Both the position numbers and the translations under genes were made by a program. This document shows positions 1-10,323 of a DNA stretch of 64,000 nt, one piece after another. Position 1 is the first letter of the stretch, and the number at the start of each line of letters is the position of its first letter. A model generated the notes under the pieces. That model did not search any database and was not told where the DNA came from. It saw only the letters and a list, made by a program, of their open reading frames with translations. The stretch spans positions 149,275 through 213,274 of the IMG/VR virus record IMGVR_UViG_3300007735_000804; one strand, written 5' to 3'.

Positions 1-895
1 TACCATTATCACTTGTTAATTGAACTGATGCTCCAGTATTTGCATCACGAATATGGATGACCGCGTTAGGATTATTTGTTCCTACGCCAATTGCCCCTAA
101 AGGTGCAATATTCAGTAGTGTATAAATTGTAGATATTCCAGATGTAGAAAATCCACTATTGATTGAGGTAATAATTCCAATTTGTGCGTTAATTGTCCGT
201 GTTGTTAATATTCCACTTGAATTGTAATTATTTGCTGAAATATTAGTTACTGTGATACTTGGACTTCCACTTAAACTTAATGCAGTAGAGGCAATTCCCG
301 TAACATTTCCCCTAAAACCACTAATTGCTGTGATAATTCCAGCAACATTGATGTTTGAAGGAAGTCTAGAATTATTTAAAGTTCCAGAAGATATATTAAC
401 CGCATCAATTCCTGTTATATTTGTCCCAAACCCAGCAAAAGATAATGCTGTCACTATTCCAGTGTAGGATGCATTTCCAGTCGAGTTGATTGTAACTCCA
501 GTTCCAACTTGTAAATTTCCTCTTGGAATCGTAGTTCCTATACCAACACTAAAAGATGTAGAAATTGTAGAGTTACTGCTGTTTACATACCAACCATCAA
601 CAGCAATCGCATAAATTCCAGTTAAACCAGACGCACTTCCAGAGAAAGACGTTGCAGTAACAATGCCCGTAACTGATACACCTTGAGTTGCACTTAAAAC
701 TCCTACCGTTGCGATACCAGCATATAAACTATTTGCTGTCACAAAACCAACAATTTTTGCATTTCCGCGAATATCTAAAAATTCAGTGGGAATAGAAGTT
801 CCGATTCCCACTAAACCATTTGGATTTACAATAAAATTGTCGTCATCAATCTGAACACCATTACGAAGATTAAATGACTTTCTATAATTTGCCAT
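1..895 (-). CDS. Virion structural/fibre protein, N-terminal part (runs off window start)
   Basis: Manual translation from ATG at 895 gives MANYRKSFNLRNGVQIDDDNFIVNPNGLVGIGTSIPTEFLDIRGNAKIVG..., open to position 1. The GIGT/VTATSF fibre motifs match the other fibre genes here. Missing from the ORF track because it is truncated. Confidence 0.8.
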   Translation of the reverse strand, partial: MANYRKSFNLRNGVQIDDDNFIVNPNGLVGIGTSIPTEFLDIRGNAKIVGFVTANSLYAGIATVGVLSATQGVSVTGIVTATSFSGSASGLTGIYAIAVDGWYVNSSNSTISTSFSVGIGTTIPRGNLQVGTGVTINSTGNASYTGIVTALSFAGFGTNITGIDAVNISSGTLNNSRLPSNINVAGIITAISGFRGNVTGIASTALSLSGSPSITVTNISANNYNSSGILTTRTINAQIGIITSINSGFSTSGISTIYTLLNIAPLGAIGVGTNNPNAVIHIRDANTGASVQLTSDNG

Positions 896-904
896 TTGAA
901 ATTT

Positions 905-1537
905 TTAACTATTTATTGGTCTGTTGATCTGATAAACTTTCGGAATATATGTATCAATAGTTGCTTGTATATCAAAACTTTTACCTTTTCCAATTTTCAG
1001 ATATTTGCCAAAATTGAGACTGGTAAAACTTTCATCTTCTGAACTCTTATATGCTATTGTGTTTGGTTCCGAATCATATATTGGATTTGTAATCCAAATA
1101 TCTTTTTCGTTATCAACAAGATTAATTGTCTCCCCTGTTGATATTTTAATTTGCTCACCATTTAAAGTTATGGGCGTATTAAAACAGACCCAATCAATTC
1201 CTTCATCTACATTTGTAGTAAATAAAGTATCCATATGTACAGAATAACACCATTTTGTATTATCTTCTAATGCTGTTATTAGTATTGCTTTTTGCGGTCT
1301 TCTATTAAAACAATCACCGGCAGATACAATACCCGATGCATTACTATCAATTTCTCGACAATTAAGACTACCACTAGTTACAAAAGTACATCCATAATCT
1401 TCTATTTGATTGTCATCACCAATTGGAATTTTTGATAAGTCGCATGTAATAAATATTTCTCCTTTATTCATATTCCAATAAGATGTGCATAATTTATTTT
1501 TACTATCCCTAAATCTTTTAAATTCTACTGGTTGCAT
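905..1537 (-). CDS. Hypothetical protein (210 aa, beta-rich, possibly cupin-like), directly downstream of the adhesin
   Basis: ORF track; translationally coupled to the adhesin gene at 1537. Confidence 0.7.
   Translation of the reverse strand: MQPVEFKRFRDSKNKLCTSYWNMNKGEIFITCDLSKIPIGDDNQIEDYGCTFVTSGSLNCREIDSNASGIVSAGDCFNRRPQKAILITALEDNTKWCYSVHMDTLFTTNVDEGIDWVCFNTPITLNGEQIKISTGETINLVDNEKDIWITNPIYDSEPNTIAYKSSEDESFTSLNFGKYLKIGKGKSFDIQATIDTYIPKVYQINRPINS
910..916 (-). promoter_or_regulatory. T4-type late promoter ATAAATA
   Basis: tatttat on plus, 15 nt upstream of the ATG at 895. Confidence 0.55.
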
Positions 1538-2433
1538 TATGCTACCCCCCCTAATCTAATTCCTTCTACTAGCCAAGTTGCATAACCACTATTAACTATA
1601 TAGTTTCCTCCAGATCCTCCATTGCCCCCATTGCCCCCATTGCCGTCGGTGCCCTTATTACCGCTAGATCCAAGATCTCCACCACTACCCCCAGTTCCTG
1701 ATTCAGCTCTTCCGCTGTTAGAACCGCCACCACCGGCGCCGCCACTGACAAGAGTTCCACTATTGCCATCATTACCACCAGATCCACCGTTACCCGCATC
1801 ATATCCTGCACCACCTCCGCCACCTCCACCATCGGAAGTATCAGTATAGCAATCTTGAGTAAAACAAGATTTAGGTATACAATAGTTTTGATATCCATAT
1901 CCACCAGCGCCACCGCCACCGCCACCGCCTGCTATAGTACCATTGTTTGTAATAAAGGTGGATAATAAAAGTGTTAGAGCTGGACCACCATTACCTCCAG
2001 CATCACCATTTGTATTTCCTCCATTACCACCTTTTCCAACAATAAAGTTATTGTTTATTAGGTATAATGAAGATCCTGCAGGAAATGTTCCAGTATCAAA
2101 AGCAGTTGATGTAGTGCTAGTAGATCCTATTACTCCATTCACCGTTACATATAATTTAACGGGTAAATTATTACTTACAATTGTTGCAATTGATTTGTAC
2201 CCCCCAACAACAGATGCATTTGAAAGATCAGAATATGCATTATAGTTTTGATTTGTACCTATTGTTCTCGTAGCGTTGATAATCTTTCCATAAAAATTAG
2301 AAAATTTTATAGGACCACTATTTGGAATGCCTGCATCTAGTCCATAATAATTTGATAGAGATACTGGACTAGCAACACCAAATTCATCAGTTATTTCAGT
2401 AAAAGAAAGTTGCCCAGAAGATTTAATAGTCAT
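1537..2433 (-). CDS. Glycine-rich tail-fibre adhesin (T-even gp38-like polyglycine protein)
   Basis: N-terminus [10 protein letters not shown]...SLSNYYG...IKFSNFYG, then [22 protein letters not shown] and many GGxGGxG runs. Lies immediately downstream of a fibre gene with a C-terminal chaperone domain. Confidence 0.75.
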   Translation of the reverse strand: MTIKSSGQLSFTEITDEFGVASPVSLSNYYGLDAGIPNSGPIKFSNFYGKIINATRTIGTNQNYNAYSDLSNASVVGGYKSIATIVSNNLPVKLYVTVNGVIGSTSTTSTAFDTGTFPAGSSLYLINNNFIVGKGGNGGNTNGDAGGNGGPALTLLLSTFITNNGTIAGGGGGGGAGGYGYQNYCIPKSCFTQDCYTDTSDGGGGGGGAGYDAGNGGSGGNDGNSGTLVSGGAGGGGSNSGRAESGTGGSGGDLGSSGNKGTDGNGGNGGNGGSGGNYIVNSGYATWLVEGIRLGGVA

Positions 2434-2438
2434 TCTTA

Positions 2439-5400
2439 TTATTTCTTGTTAATTGACTTTTTTAAATCATCAATTTCAGTTTTTAAATCTTTAATTGCCT
2501 CAATCAGAAGTGGCACGAGTTTCTCATAACGAACTGCAAGATAACCATTTTCTCTAGATGTAACTGCTTGAGGTAAGACTTCAAGAATTTCTTGTGCAAC
2601 AACACCAATATCACTACCTTCCTTACCAGATTCATTGTTCCAATCAAAGGTATTGCCACTAATTGAAATGACTTTCTCAAGCGCATCTGGAATTGGGGTA
2701 ATATTATCCTTAAGTCTTTGGTCTGAAGTATAAAATGCGGTAATATCACCAGTTACATTTAAAGCACCATTAACTTGTGTTGAAGCATTAAACAACTGCA
2801 GAATTGTATTGTAAGATCCAGCACCATTCTTAACATTAAATTGGATTTGACCACTATTTGTGGTGTTATTAATTCCAAATACACCATCACCACCACCATC
2901 ACTATGAAGATCTCCTTGTCCGGCGCCACTAGAGTTAATGTTTAAGGCATTTACGGAGGTGCTGCCAGAAACAGATAGAGTGCTTGAGAGTGTCGTAGAT
3001 CCAGTGACATTCAATGTAGAATTGAATGTGGATATTCCAGTTACATTTAGTGTTGAATTAAGTGATGTTGCTCCAGTAACGCCCAATGTAGAACTTAATG
3101 TTGTTGCTCCAGTAACGCCTAATGTAGAACTTAATGTTGTTGCTCCAGTAACGTCCAATGTAGAACTTAATGTCGTTGCTCCAGTTACATTTAAGGTCCC
3201 ACCAACATTTAGATTTTTACCAATACCAACTCCACCCGAAATAATTAAGTTTCCAGTTGTGGTTGAAGTTGATTGCGACCCTTGTGTTAGACGAACTATA
3301 TTGTTAAAAGTAGATAGTGCTTTTATTCTCAACTCTTTGTTGAAGGTGACAGGACCATCAAATTGAGAAAGAACCGCGCCAGATACACCACCTTCAACTA
3401 GAAGTCTTTCTTTAACAGTAACTTCATCAAATACAACACTGAGTTTATTTGGGTCTTGACCCGTTACTGTTGGATTTGGAATGTCATAAGAAATAACTTC
3501 TCCGCTGGATGCGGAAGTTTTGGTGTTACCAGTGTAAAAATCACCATTGTTGTTCATACCTGTATAAACAACAACCCCACAAGAACGCTCTTGAGAATTT
3601 GCCAAGAAGTTTTCTTGGTCATTTAGAGTCTTAACTTGAACTTGTGGTAAACCTGTAGAATAGTTGCCAGGACCATAACCAAGATATTCAAAGGTATGTC
3701 CAGAAGCGCGAAGAATTGATGGTCTGCGGAATTCAATCGCAATTGGGTTGATTTTGCGAATTAATGAATTAGCATCATGATCTTCTTGAACTGTACCAAG
3801 AGCTCCACGAATAACAGACGCAGAAGTAGTATTATTACTACTTATAACTCTCATAATTTCATTATCAATTTGAATATAAGAACCTAGTGGTAATCTTTGT
3901 GCTGTTCCAATTCCAACACCAGTAATATTAATTACAGTGCCAGTGGTTAATGTAGATGTAAGTGTAAATTTATCGTTTGCATAGAAAGCGACGCTACGTG
4001 CCCCAAAGTTTTCACCCCTATCATCAGAAGTTGCTTCATTAGAACTGAGACCATGCTTTAAGATATAACCGCTTGCTGTTGCAATACCTACGTTAGTAAT
4101 TGCTGTAAATGTTGTTACGCCAACCTTTTTCTCTACAATATAATCTCCAAGATTGTTGTTGTTAGAATCGATAATTCTGAATTTATTTCCAACAAGAAGA
4201 CCGTGTGCAGAAGAAGTTGTAAATGTTGTAATACCAGTCGTGGATTCGGAAATTGCAGACGATAGACCAATAGAAGGTCCAACTACAAATACATATTGAC
4301 TACTTAAAATTATTGGATCTCCAGAAGTTTTAGCAATTGAAATTGTAGTTGAAGATGGGACAGATGTAATTCTGTAATAACCATCAGATGTTGTTCCAGT
4401 ACCCGTAACTTGAATTACATCATTAATATTGGTGGAAATACCTGCTGTAGTGATAGTATATCTTGCATTTCCATTACCAGTTCCGATTTTTGTTCTATCG
4501 AAGTGTAACCCAGTTGCTGAATAACCAGAACCAGGTGCCATAAGTTCTGCAGAAACTACACCACCACCAACTACTTCAACTTTTGCCGTTGCTCCATTCC
4601 AAGTTCCAACGGATGGATTTGAACTGCTATTTAAAAGTTTTACATTATAATAAACTCCATCATTGTAAGATGCACCTGAAGTTAGAGATGAATATGTTAC
4701 AATTCCAGAAAGACCATGGAATCTTGGGAATGTAATTGTGGCAATTCCTGAAGATGATGCAATAGAACTAATTGTAAGACCAATACCTATATCTTTAAGT
4801 GTAAGGTCTGCAGTTTCTCTAGTGATACTGTTCTTTAAATCATTTGTATCAATCGCACCAATTGGAGAGCGTTTTGCAAAAGTTTTTGCAGATGGTGGAT
4901 TATCATTTATATTATCACGATCAAGTTGTGGATATAAGTCTACTGGCAGTTGCCCATATTCAAGGTTTGTGAATAGATTTGCATTAACTGTATTGCTTGC
5001 ATTTAAAACATATAAATGATATATGCCGTCTTGTTGATTGTAAATATATGGGGAAATAACTTCATTTCGGTAAATATACAAGTTTCCTTGCAAATCATTC
5101 CTCTCAAATCTTGGAAGATTTACATCTCTAGTTGTTGTAGTATCTGTAAATGTTCCTGGTGTATGCCCATTACCTTCTACATCTGTAGTTGAATATTGAA
5201 AAGTATATGCGTCGCTGATAGCAGTAATCGCAAATCTTCCATTATAACCTTCATTGAATGTGCCACTTACATTTGAAGAACTTTTCACATTTCTGATGAT
5301 TACTAGATCTCCAACTTGAAGATCATGTGGTAATTCTGAAATAACTGTAACTGTGCTAGAAATTACAGAACAAGTTGAAATAAATCTTGGGTTTTTTAAG

Positions 5401-7940
5401 TAATCATAATCAGTACTCGCAATACTTGTTCTGGTAAAATCAGTGCTAGTTCTAATGCCAGTAGAACTAGATTCTTGAATTACAAATCCAGTTTCAGGAT
5501 CTTTTGCATTTCGAAGTTCTTTTGGAATAACAACTCTAAATTTATAAAGTTTTTCATCCAAACTTCTTTCATCTGATGTGCGCTTAATATAAGCAAGATC
5601 TGTAGTTGTTCCATATGTTGCCGTTCCACCAATACTTAAAGCATTATAAATTTGATTATTTGAATTGACATGAATAAACCAGTTTTTATTTTGTGCATCA
5701 AATTGAACTGGCGATCCAAATTCTCCAGATTCTTTATCCGAAACACGACTCAAGATATGAAGATTAGTTCCTCCCGATAATTGAATAGCTTGACCCTGAA
5801 GTGCGTTTGTATAAGAAGACGCAAGTCTGATCGTATTATTATCACCAACATTAATAGCATAATAAGTTTCATGAGCATCAATATTTTCAGGAAGATCACC
5901 ATCATCACTTATAATTTTAACTTTTTCACCTGTAATAAAATTGTTAGAACCGACTGTAAATGATGTTGTAAACCCCGTGGATGGGGTTGTAGTTGCATTA
6001 TAATATTTGACTGAACTTGTAGTTCCATAAGCTGTTGTGAGTCCAGTTGCACTTATTACATTATCACACATGTAAATACTAGATTCACTTGTTCCAGTAC
6101 TTAGAGGAACATATAACTTATCATTTAATTTTGCACCAATTCGATAACCTTGTGTTTGCGATGATGGTGCTGCGTCGGGGGAGTTGAATCCATAAAGATA
6201 AAGATGACTTGAGATACCAACAGAAGTTGTTAAACCAACATCTAGTGATAACCATTCAACATTCTCTTCAGATGAAACAACAGATCTTGGAGGAATGATT
6301 GACGTAATAAAAGCATTATTATCTTTATCAAATGATTCTTTTTTAAATCCAGAAGAATTTAAAGAAATTTGTCCAAAGTTTGAGTTGGAGTTAGTGATTG
6401 AACCATCGCCACCAGACTCTGCATCAAAATGTTTATTAAAACCAATTGCGAATACAGAAACAATTTGAATGAACGCATCATTACTAATTTTAATGTGACT
6501 TGTTTCCCATCCTTGACGATAAATTGCATCTGGATCTAGATGATAAACTTGACTTGAATCTGTTTGTGATGAACCATTTGGAAGATCGGAACCAGTAACT
6601 GTGGTATAATCTATTTTTTCATAAGTTCTCGATGACTTATTATACTTTGCAAATGCACGATCATCTTTTTGAAGAGATACTGCAGTAAATTGTGCAACAA
6701 CTGTGCTTCTGAAACCAGATGCTTTACTACCATCGGCATGAAGACCATTCATACCCCATACAGAACGTAATGAGGTATTAAAGATATAAGGTGAGGCACC
6801 AGATACAGTATCAGTTTCAACGGTTACTGTTGCACTCGCAGGACTTGGACTTGGATTAATTGTTGGATAAGATCCCAGTGCTGGTAAAAGATAAGTAAAT
6901 GATGTGGAACTCTCAACACTTCTAACTATTGTTGAAATATTATAGGGTTGAGTAACACCAGAACCACCGACTCCATTAATTTTAATAGGAGTTCCTGCAT
7001 TTAATCCATGCTCATTTGATGTTGTAACTGTAACAAGAGATGTTGCAACACTACCATTACCAGAAATAATTGAAGAGATTGAAATTGGGTCTGCAGCAAA
7101 GGCACCAACAATCTCCCACTCTGGATTTCTCTTTGCAAACCCAAGAGGACTTCCTGGATATTTTTGAGTTATTTGACGATAAGCATTATAAGCATTACCA
7201 ACCTTACTATAATACATATCAAGGTCTGTGATTCCATAAGACCCAACCTTGTTTACTCCATCACAAAACTCAAAACAAGTTAGTTTGTGATGAGAGAAAT
7301 TAGGTGTAGATGTATTAATTGATCCAAAATTATCTGGATTAGTATAAACAAAACTACTTGGATCTGCATCAAATAAAGAGAATTGCCAGAAATAACAAGC
7401 ACCAGTAATTCTAAAAATCGCAGATTTTGCTACAGTATCATCAGTTGGATTTGGAACATATTTTGGACGAATCTTGGTTTTTCTTAAATCGAGACCAACA
7501 ATAGAGGTGCCTCTTGGAACAACAACACCACCATAATAACTATTAAACTTATAAAGAATATTATCTTCTTGTGTTAGATCAAAGTTAGAGTCTAATCCAA
7601 GAGAAAGAACAGAAGACGCTAAAACTCCTACACCACCTGCTCTTGAAACCGCATAAGCAGTACCACCGTTATCATAAATGGCAAAACCAGGTCTATTGTC
7701 AATTAAGTGCTCACCAGGGAACAACAGAATCGTTGTCTTCTCTGTAATATCATTATTATCTCCAGCAACATAAGAGAATCTTGCTGCTTCTAACAGTGCT
7801 CTCTGAACTGTTTTAAAAGGACGGGCAAGAGAATTACCTTCATTCTCTATACTATCTGTAGAATCAAGGTCGTTAGGATTGACATAAAGAATACGACCTT
7901 CAGTATTCTTAATAAAATTATCTAACTTATTAAGAGGCAT
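2439..7940 (-). CDS. Large virion structural/tail-fibre protein (1833 aa) with C-terminal intramolecular chaperone (peptidase S74-like) domain
   Basis: N-terminus [26 protein letters not shown] is typical of a conserved cyanomyophage structural protein. It carries 12-aa shaft repeats. The C-terminus SDQRLKDNI...GVVAQEI...[17 protein letters not shown] plus a coiled coil is the S74 chaperone signature. Confidence 0.85.
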   Translation of the reverse strand: MPLNKLDNFIKNTEGRILYVNPNDLDSTDSIENEGNSLARPFKTVQRALLEAARFSYVAGDNNDITEKTTILLFPGEHLIDNRPGFAIYDNGGTAYAVSRAGGVGVLASSVLSLGLDSNFDLTQEDNILYKFNSYYGGVVVPRGTSIVGLDLRKTKIRPKYVPNPTDDTVAKSAIFRITGACYFWQFSLFDADPSSFVYTNPDNFGSINTSTPNFSHHKLTCFEFCDGVNKVGSYGITDLDMYYSKVGNAYNAYRQITQKYPGSPLGFAKRNPEWEIVGAFAADPISISSIISGNGSVATSLVTVTTSNEHGLNAGTPIKINGVGGSGVTQPYNISTIVRSVESSTSFTYLLPALGSYPTINPSPSPASATVTVETDTVSGASPYIFNTSLRSVWGMNGLHADGSKASGFRSTVVAQFTAVSLQKDDRAFAKYNKSSRTYEKIDYTTVTGSDLPNGSSQTDSSQVYHLDPDAIYRQGWETSHIKISNDAFIQIVSVFAIGFNKHFDAESGGDGSITNSNSNFGQISLNSSGFKKESFDKDNNAFITSIIPPRSVVSSEENVEWLSLDVGLTTSVGISSHLYLYGFNSPDAAPSSQTQGYRIGAKLNDKLYVPLSTGTSESSIYMCDNVISATGLTTAYGTTSSVKYYNATTTPSTGFTTSFTVGSNNFITGEKVKIISDDGDLPENIDAHETYYAINVGDNNTIRLASSYTNALQGQAIQLSGGTNLHILSRVSDKESGEFGSPVQFDAQNKNWFIHVNSNNQIYNALSIGGTATYGTTTDLAYIKRTSDERSLDEKLYKFRVVIPKELRNAKDPETGFVIQESSSTGIRTSTDFTRTSIASTDYDYLKNPRFISTCSVISSTVTVISELPHDLQVGDLVIIRNVKSSSNVSGTFNEGYNGRFAITAISDAYTFQYSTTDVEGNGHTPGTFTDTTTTRDVNLPRFERNDLQGNLYIYRNEVISPYIYNQQDGIYHLYVLNASNTVNANLFTNLEYGQLPVDLYPQLDRDNINDNPPSAKTFAKRSPIGAIDTNDLKNSITRETADLTLKDIGIGLTISSIASSSGIATITFPRFHGLSGIVTYSSLTSGASYNDGVYYNVKLLNSSSNPSVGTWNGATAKVEVVGGGVVSAELMAPGSGYSATGLHFDRTKIGTGNGNARYTITTAGISTNINDVIQVTGTGTTSDGYYRITSVPSSTTISIAKTSGDPIILSSQYVFVVGPSIGLSSAISESTTGITTFTTSSAHGLLVGNKFRIIDSNNNNLGDYIVEKKVGVTTFTAITNVGIATASGYILKHGLSSNEATSDDRGENFGARSVAFYANDKFTLTSTLTTGTVINITGVGIGTAQRLPLGSYIQIDNEIMRVISSNNTTSASVIRGALGTVQEDHDANSLIRKINPIAIEFRRPSILRASGHTFEYLGYGPGNYSTGLPQVQVKTLNDQENFLANSQERSCGVVVYTGMNNNGDFYTGNTKTSASSGEVISYDIPNPTVTGQDPNKLSVVFDEVTVKERLLVEGGVSGAVLSQFDGPVTFNKELRIKALSTFNNIVRLTQGSQSTSTTTGNLIISGGVGIGKNLNVGGTLNVTGATTLSSTLDVTGATTLSSTLGVTGATTLSSTLGVTGATSLNSTLNVTGISTFNSTLNVTGSTTLSSTLSVSGSTSVNALNINSSGAGQGDLHSDGGGDGVFGINNTTNSGQIQFNVKNGAGSYNTILQLFNASTQVNGALNVTGDITAFYTSDQRLKDNITPIPDALEKVISISGNTFDWNNESGKEGSDIGVVAQEILEVLPQAVTSRENGYLAVRYEKLVPLLIEAIKDLKTEIDDLKKSINKK
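2950..3200 (-). repeat. About seven in-frame 36-bp (12-aa, [12 protein letters not shown]) repeats
   Basis: [72 protein letters not shown] in the translation. Confidence 0.85.
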
Positions 7941-7972
7941 CGGATTATTACGACCAGAATATTTCTATGTTC

Positions 7973-7979
7973 TATTTAG
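7973..7979 (-). promoter_or_regulatory. Late promoter variant CTAAATA
   Basis: tatttag on plus, about 33 nt upstream of the 1833-aa structural gene. Confidence 0.5.
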
Positions 7980-8281
7980 CTGGTCAAATCTTCCTCACCA
8001 TATTCATATTCGATGTCATCTGGCATATCTTCAGGGTTCTCTAACTCAACTGGAAAGAAGCAAGGATGGACTTCTTCATCTATCAGATAGAAAGAAGTGC
8101 GATATAAATCATCTGGTTCAAAAGATCTGTTTTTATCAGCTGCTCTACAAAGATCTTGATCATACAAATGTCCATCAGGCATTTCATCAAACGTAAAAGG
8201 AACGTGGTTGATGAAGTACATTTTCACAATCATACTGCCATTGTTGTACCAGCAATATGCGTGATCTATGCGATAAGACAT
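7976..8281 (-). CDS. Conserved cyanomyophage hypothetical protein (101 aa, acidic C-terminus)
   Basis: ORF track; ATAAATA late-promoter motif at 8301-8307 upstream. Confidence 0.75.
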   Translation of the reverse strand: MSYRIDHAYCWYNNGSMIVKMYFINHVPFTFDEMPDGHLYDQDLCRAADKNRSFEPDDLYRTSFYLIDEEVHPCFFPVELENPEDMPDDIEYEYGEEDLTS

Positions 8282-8312
8282 AGGGTTTTCCCATATCTTA
8301 TATTTATTTTTA

Positions 8313-8385
8313 TACCCGTGAGTGGATTCGAACCACCGCTTGGAACATTTTAAGTGTTCTGCCTCTTCCGCTGGGCTACACGGGC
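8313..8385 (-). tRNA. trnL-UAA: tRNA-Leu (UAA), short variable loop, no encoded CCA
   Basis: Reverse complement folds as GCCCGTG TA GCC CAGCGGAAGA GGC A GAACA CTTAAAA TGTTC CAAGC GGTGG TTCGAAT CCACT CACGGGT A. Confidence 0.9.
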
Positions 8386-8462
8386 TGGTGGTCGCAGTGG
8401 GAATCTAACCCACCTTCGGCGGTTTATGAGACCGCTGCATTCGAACAGATTGCTATACGACC
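8386..8462 (-). tRNA. tRNA with CAU anticodon (Ile2-lysidine type or elongator Met; not initiator), CCA encoded
   Basis: GGTCGTA TA GCA ATCTGTTCGAA TGC A GCGGT CTCATAA ACCGC CGAAG GTGGG TTAGATT CCCAC TGCGACC ACCA. It has a G1-C72 pair and no GGG/CCC anticodon stem, so it is not fMet. The T-loop is the variant TTAGATT. Confidence 0.85.
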
Positions 8463-8469
8463 TACATTC

Positions 8470-8492
8470 GCTATTCGCAAACAACGAATAGC
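8470..8492. other. Perfect 8-bp inverted repeat in the inter-tRNA spacer
   Basis: gctattcg-caaacaa-cgaatagc. Confidence 0.7.
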
Positions 8493-8494
8493 AA

Positions 8495-8582
8495 TACGAG
8501 TGCCTGGATTCGAACCAGGTCAAAGCCGCTAATCTGGCGGAAAGAGTTTATAAGACTCCTCTGACTACCAAGTCTCACTCGC
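8495..8582 (-). tRNA. Non-canonical tRNA with UAU anticodon (Ile-AUA decoder?) and long variable arm
   Basis: GCGAGTG A GAC TTGGTA GTC AG AGGAGT CTTATAA ACTCTT T CCGC CAGATTA GCGG CTTTGA CCTGG TTCGAAT CCAGG CACTCGT A. This gives a 7-bp acceptor stem, canonical T arm, minimal D arm and an extra hairpin. Confidence 0.7.
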
Positions 8583-8592
8583 AATACAAATA

Positions 8593-8766
8593 CTACGGAG
8601 CTTCATTATTAAGCTCAGTATGTATTCGTATAAGGTCATCATCAAAGGGCATCATAACTGCTGCCTGTCCATCTTCATTGATAATACCTATGTGCTCGCC
8701 ATTCTCTACACGAGTCATAAGTTCATCCCATCGTTCCTGAAACTCTTCCACAGTGAAAACTTCCAT
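8593..8766 (-). CDS. Small acidic protein (57 aa) resembling the Phd/YefM antitoxin N-terminal fold; not in the ORF track
   Basis: Manual translation MEVFTVEEFQERWDELMTRVENGEHIGIINEDGQAAVMMPFDDDLIRIHTELNNEAP*. The pattern ...L..VE.GE.I.I...G..AV..P is the Phd/YefM pattern. Confidence 0.7.
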   Translation of the reverse strand: MEVFTVEEFQERWDELMTRVENGEHIGIINEDGQAAVMMPFDDDLIRIHTELNNEAP

Positions 8767-8777
8767 GGTGTTGATAT

Positions 8778-8984
8778 TTAGTTGGACTCACCATACACGG
8801 CAAGATCAGCGTACTCAATTTGTTCGGGGTCAAGATTTGCGGTAACAACTTCCAGAACGTTCATAAACTCTTGAACGGTCTCACATTCAACCAGACGTTC
8901 ACTACCTTGATCGCTCAATAGAAGGAAGGTGCGAGTGCAGACATCAATCACAATACCTTGAACGGTTTCTTGTGCGGTGCTCAT
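8778..8984 (-). CDS. Conserved cyanomyophage hypothetical protein (68 aa)
   Basis: ORF track; SD-like GAGG upstream and first gene behind the sigma70 promoter at 9010-9038. Confidence 0.75.
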   Translation of the reverse strand: MSTAQETVQGIVIDVCTRTFLLLSDQGSERLVECETVQEFMNVLEVVTANLDPEQIEYADLAVYGESN

Positions 8985-9009
8985 TGAGGGTTTTCTTGAT
9001 TACCCCCAT

Positions 9010-9038
9010 ATTATAAAGGGTCTTGGGTCAGGTGTCAA
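9010..9038 (-). promoter_or_regulatory. Consensus sigma70 (early) promoter
   Basis: TTGACA-cctgacccaagaccctt (17 nt)-TATAAT on minus. Confidence 0.85.
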
Positions 9039-9585
9039 GTGGTTTTAAAAAATTCTCCAGAGGGCGATGGGCACCAAACATCCAAAGAATTCTGGGGATG
9101 TCTCCTTTTACTTCTGTAACATAATGTGGTTGCTCTGAAGCATAATAGCAGTGCAAATCTCCGACATTTATATCAATCAATTTTCCATCCACATATAAAT
9201 TCCCACCACTTTCTGGTGCTTGCGTCATTACATTGCATCTAAAAGTTGTCAGACCATCGGGTGATTTTGGATCTTGATGCTCATAAACATCACCTCCATT
9301 ATATGTAACTGAAACAACAACTCCTTGGCTTCCGTGACCTAGAATTAAAGGATTATCTTGTAAATTCATAAATTTTCTAATTTTATCAGATATTTCGATT
9401 ACATATAGTGGATATTTTTTACCTGCCATATGCATTCTACTTGTAAATCTTTTTTCATAAGCAAATTTACCTCTAGAAAGTCCAGGGGCAACCCAATGCT
9501 CTTTAATTCCTTGTAATGCAATATTAGATAATTTCTTACACTCTTCTTCAGTAAGAAAATTTCTAAAAATTTGAACCATATTCAA
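9028..9585 (-). CDS. 2OG-Fe(II) oxygenase
   Basis: HQD metal motif, GGNLY, distal H (PHYVTEV) and RILW; N-terminal FLTEEEC. Confidence 0.8.
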   Translation of the reverse strand: MNMVQIFRNFLTEEECKKLSNIALQGIKEHWVAPGLSRGKFAYEKRFTSRMHMAGKKYPLYVIEISDKIRKFMNLQDNPLILGHGSQGVVVSVTYNGGDVYEHQDPKSPDGLTTFRCNVMTQAPESGGNLYVDGKLIDINVGDLHCYYASEQPHYVTEVKGDIPRILWMFGAHRPLENFLKPLDT

Positions 9586-10322
9586 TAACCAAATCTTTCA
9601 AAATCCTTTTTATATAAATTTTTAATTAATTCAATAGTAGTATCTGTTATATTTTTTTCTATTTTTTTAGATCCATTATGATGAGGATGTTCTCCCTTGA
9701 TATTATAGTGCCCTCTTAAAAAATTAGAACATTCTTTAAGATTTTCAAGTTTAAAAATTTTTAATTTATTGTCGAGATTCACATCTAAAATATCATTCAT
9801 TCCCAAAAACATTCTAGATGGATATTTTTCGGGTAATCCATTGGTAGCAAACTCTTTTACAAACTCATTAAAGTCTTTAATCTTGTATTCTTCTTCTTTT
9901 TTAGTCAAAGAAAATAATACAGATTCGTGATTAGAATTCGTACAATAATTCCAAATACTAAACAACCTATCAACAGGATTCCTTACGATTGAAAAAACTT
10001 TTTTACTGTCATGCTCAAAAATGTTCTTACAAAATCCTTGTCTAATTTCAGAAAGACGGTTGATAAAAAAGGTTTGCTCTCCAGAAATAAAATGAAGTAG
10101 TCCCCAATCATTTGAATCATCACTAGTTTTATATGTTGGGGGACATGTTACATAAGGTTGAAACCAGCAATCATCCGACTCATAATCTCTATAAGTAAAC
10201 ACCTTATCAGAAGTGCCGATAAAATGAGACATACTGATACTAGAAGATCTAGGTATGGGACAATACATCAACAGATCTTCATTCTCATCATTTAATTTTT
10301 GTTTTAGATCTTTTAGAATCAT
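9582..10322 (-). CDS. Sulfotransferase family 2-like protein
   Basis: PIPRSSSISM resembles the 5'-PSB loop. Also FSIVRNPVDRLFSIWNY and a C-terminal LYKKDFERFGY. Confidence 0.75.
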   Translation of the reverse strand: MILKDLKQKLNDENEDLLMYCPIPRSSSISMSHFIGTSDKVFTYRDYESDDCWFQPYVTCPPTYKTSDDSNDWGLLHFISGEQTFFINRLSEIRQGFCKNIFEHDSKKVFSIVRNPVDRLFSIWNYCTNSNHESVLFSLTKKEEEYKIKDFNEFVKEFATNGLPEKYPSRMFLGMNDILDVNLDNKLKIFKLENLKECSNFLRGHYNIKGEHPHHNGSKKIEKNITDTTIELIKNLYKKDFERFGY

Positions 10323-10323
10323 A

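Noticed and set aside
1596-2245. Pro-rich and Val-rich alternative-frame ORFs over the adhesin (also 11380-11752)
   Set aside because: They are by-products of GGN codon runs read in other frames or on the other strand.
2938-3366. Plus-strand repeat ORFs opposite fibre genes (also 16908-17276, 21305-21547, 61462-61796 and similar)
   Set aside because: They are antisense or frame-shifted reflections of coding repeats, with no SD or promoter support.
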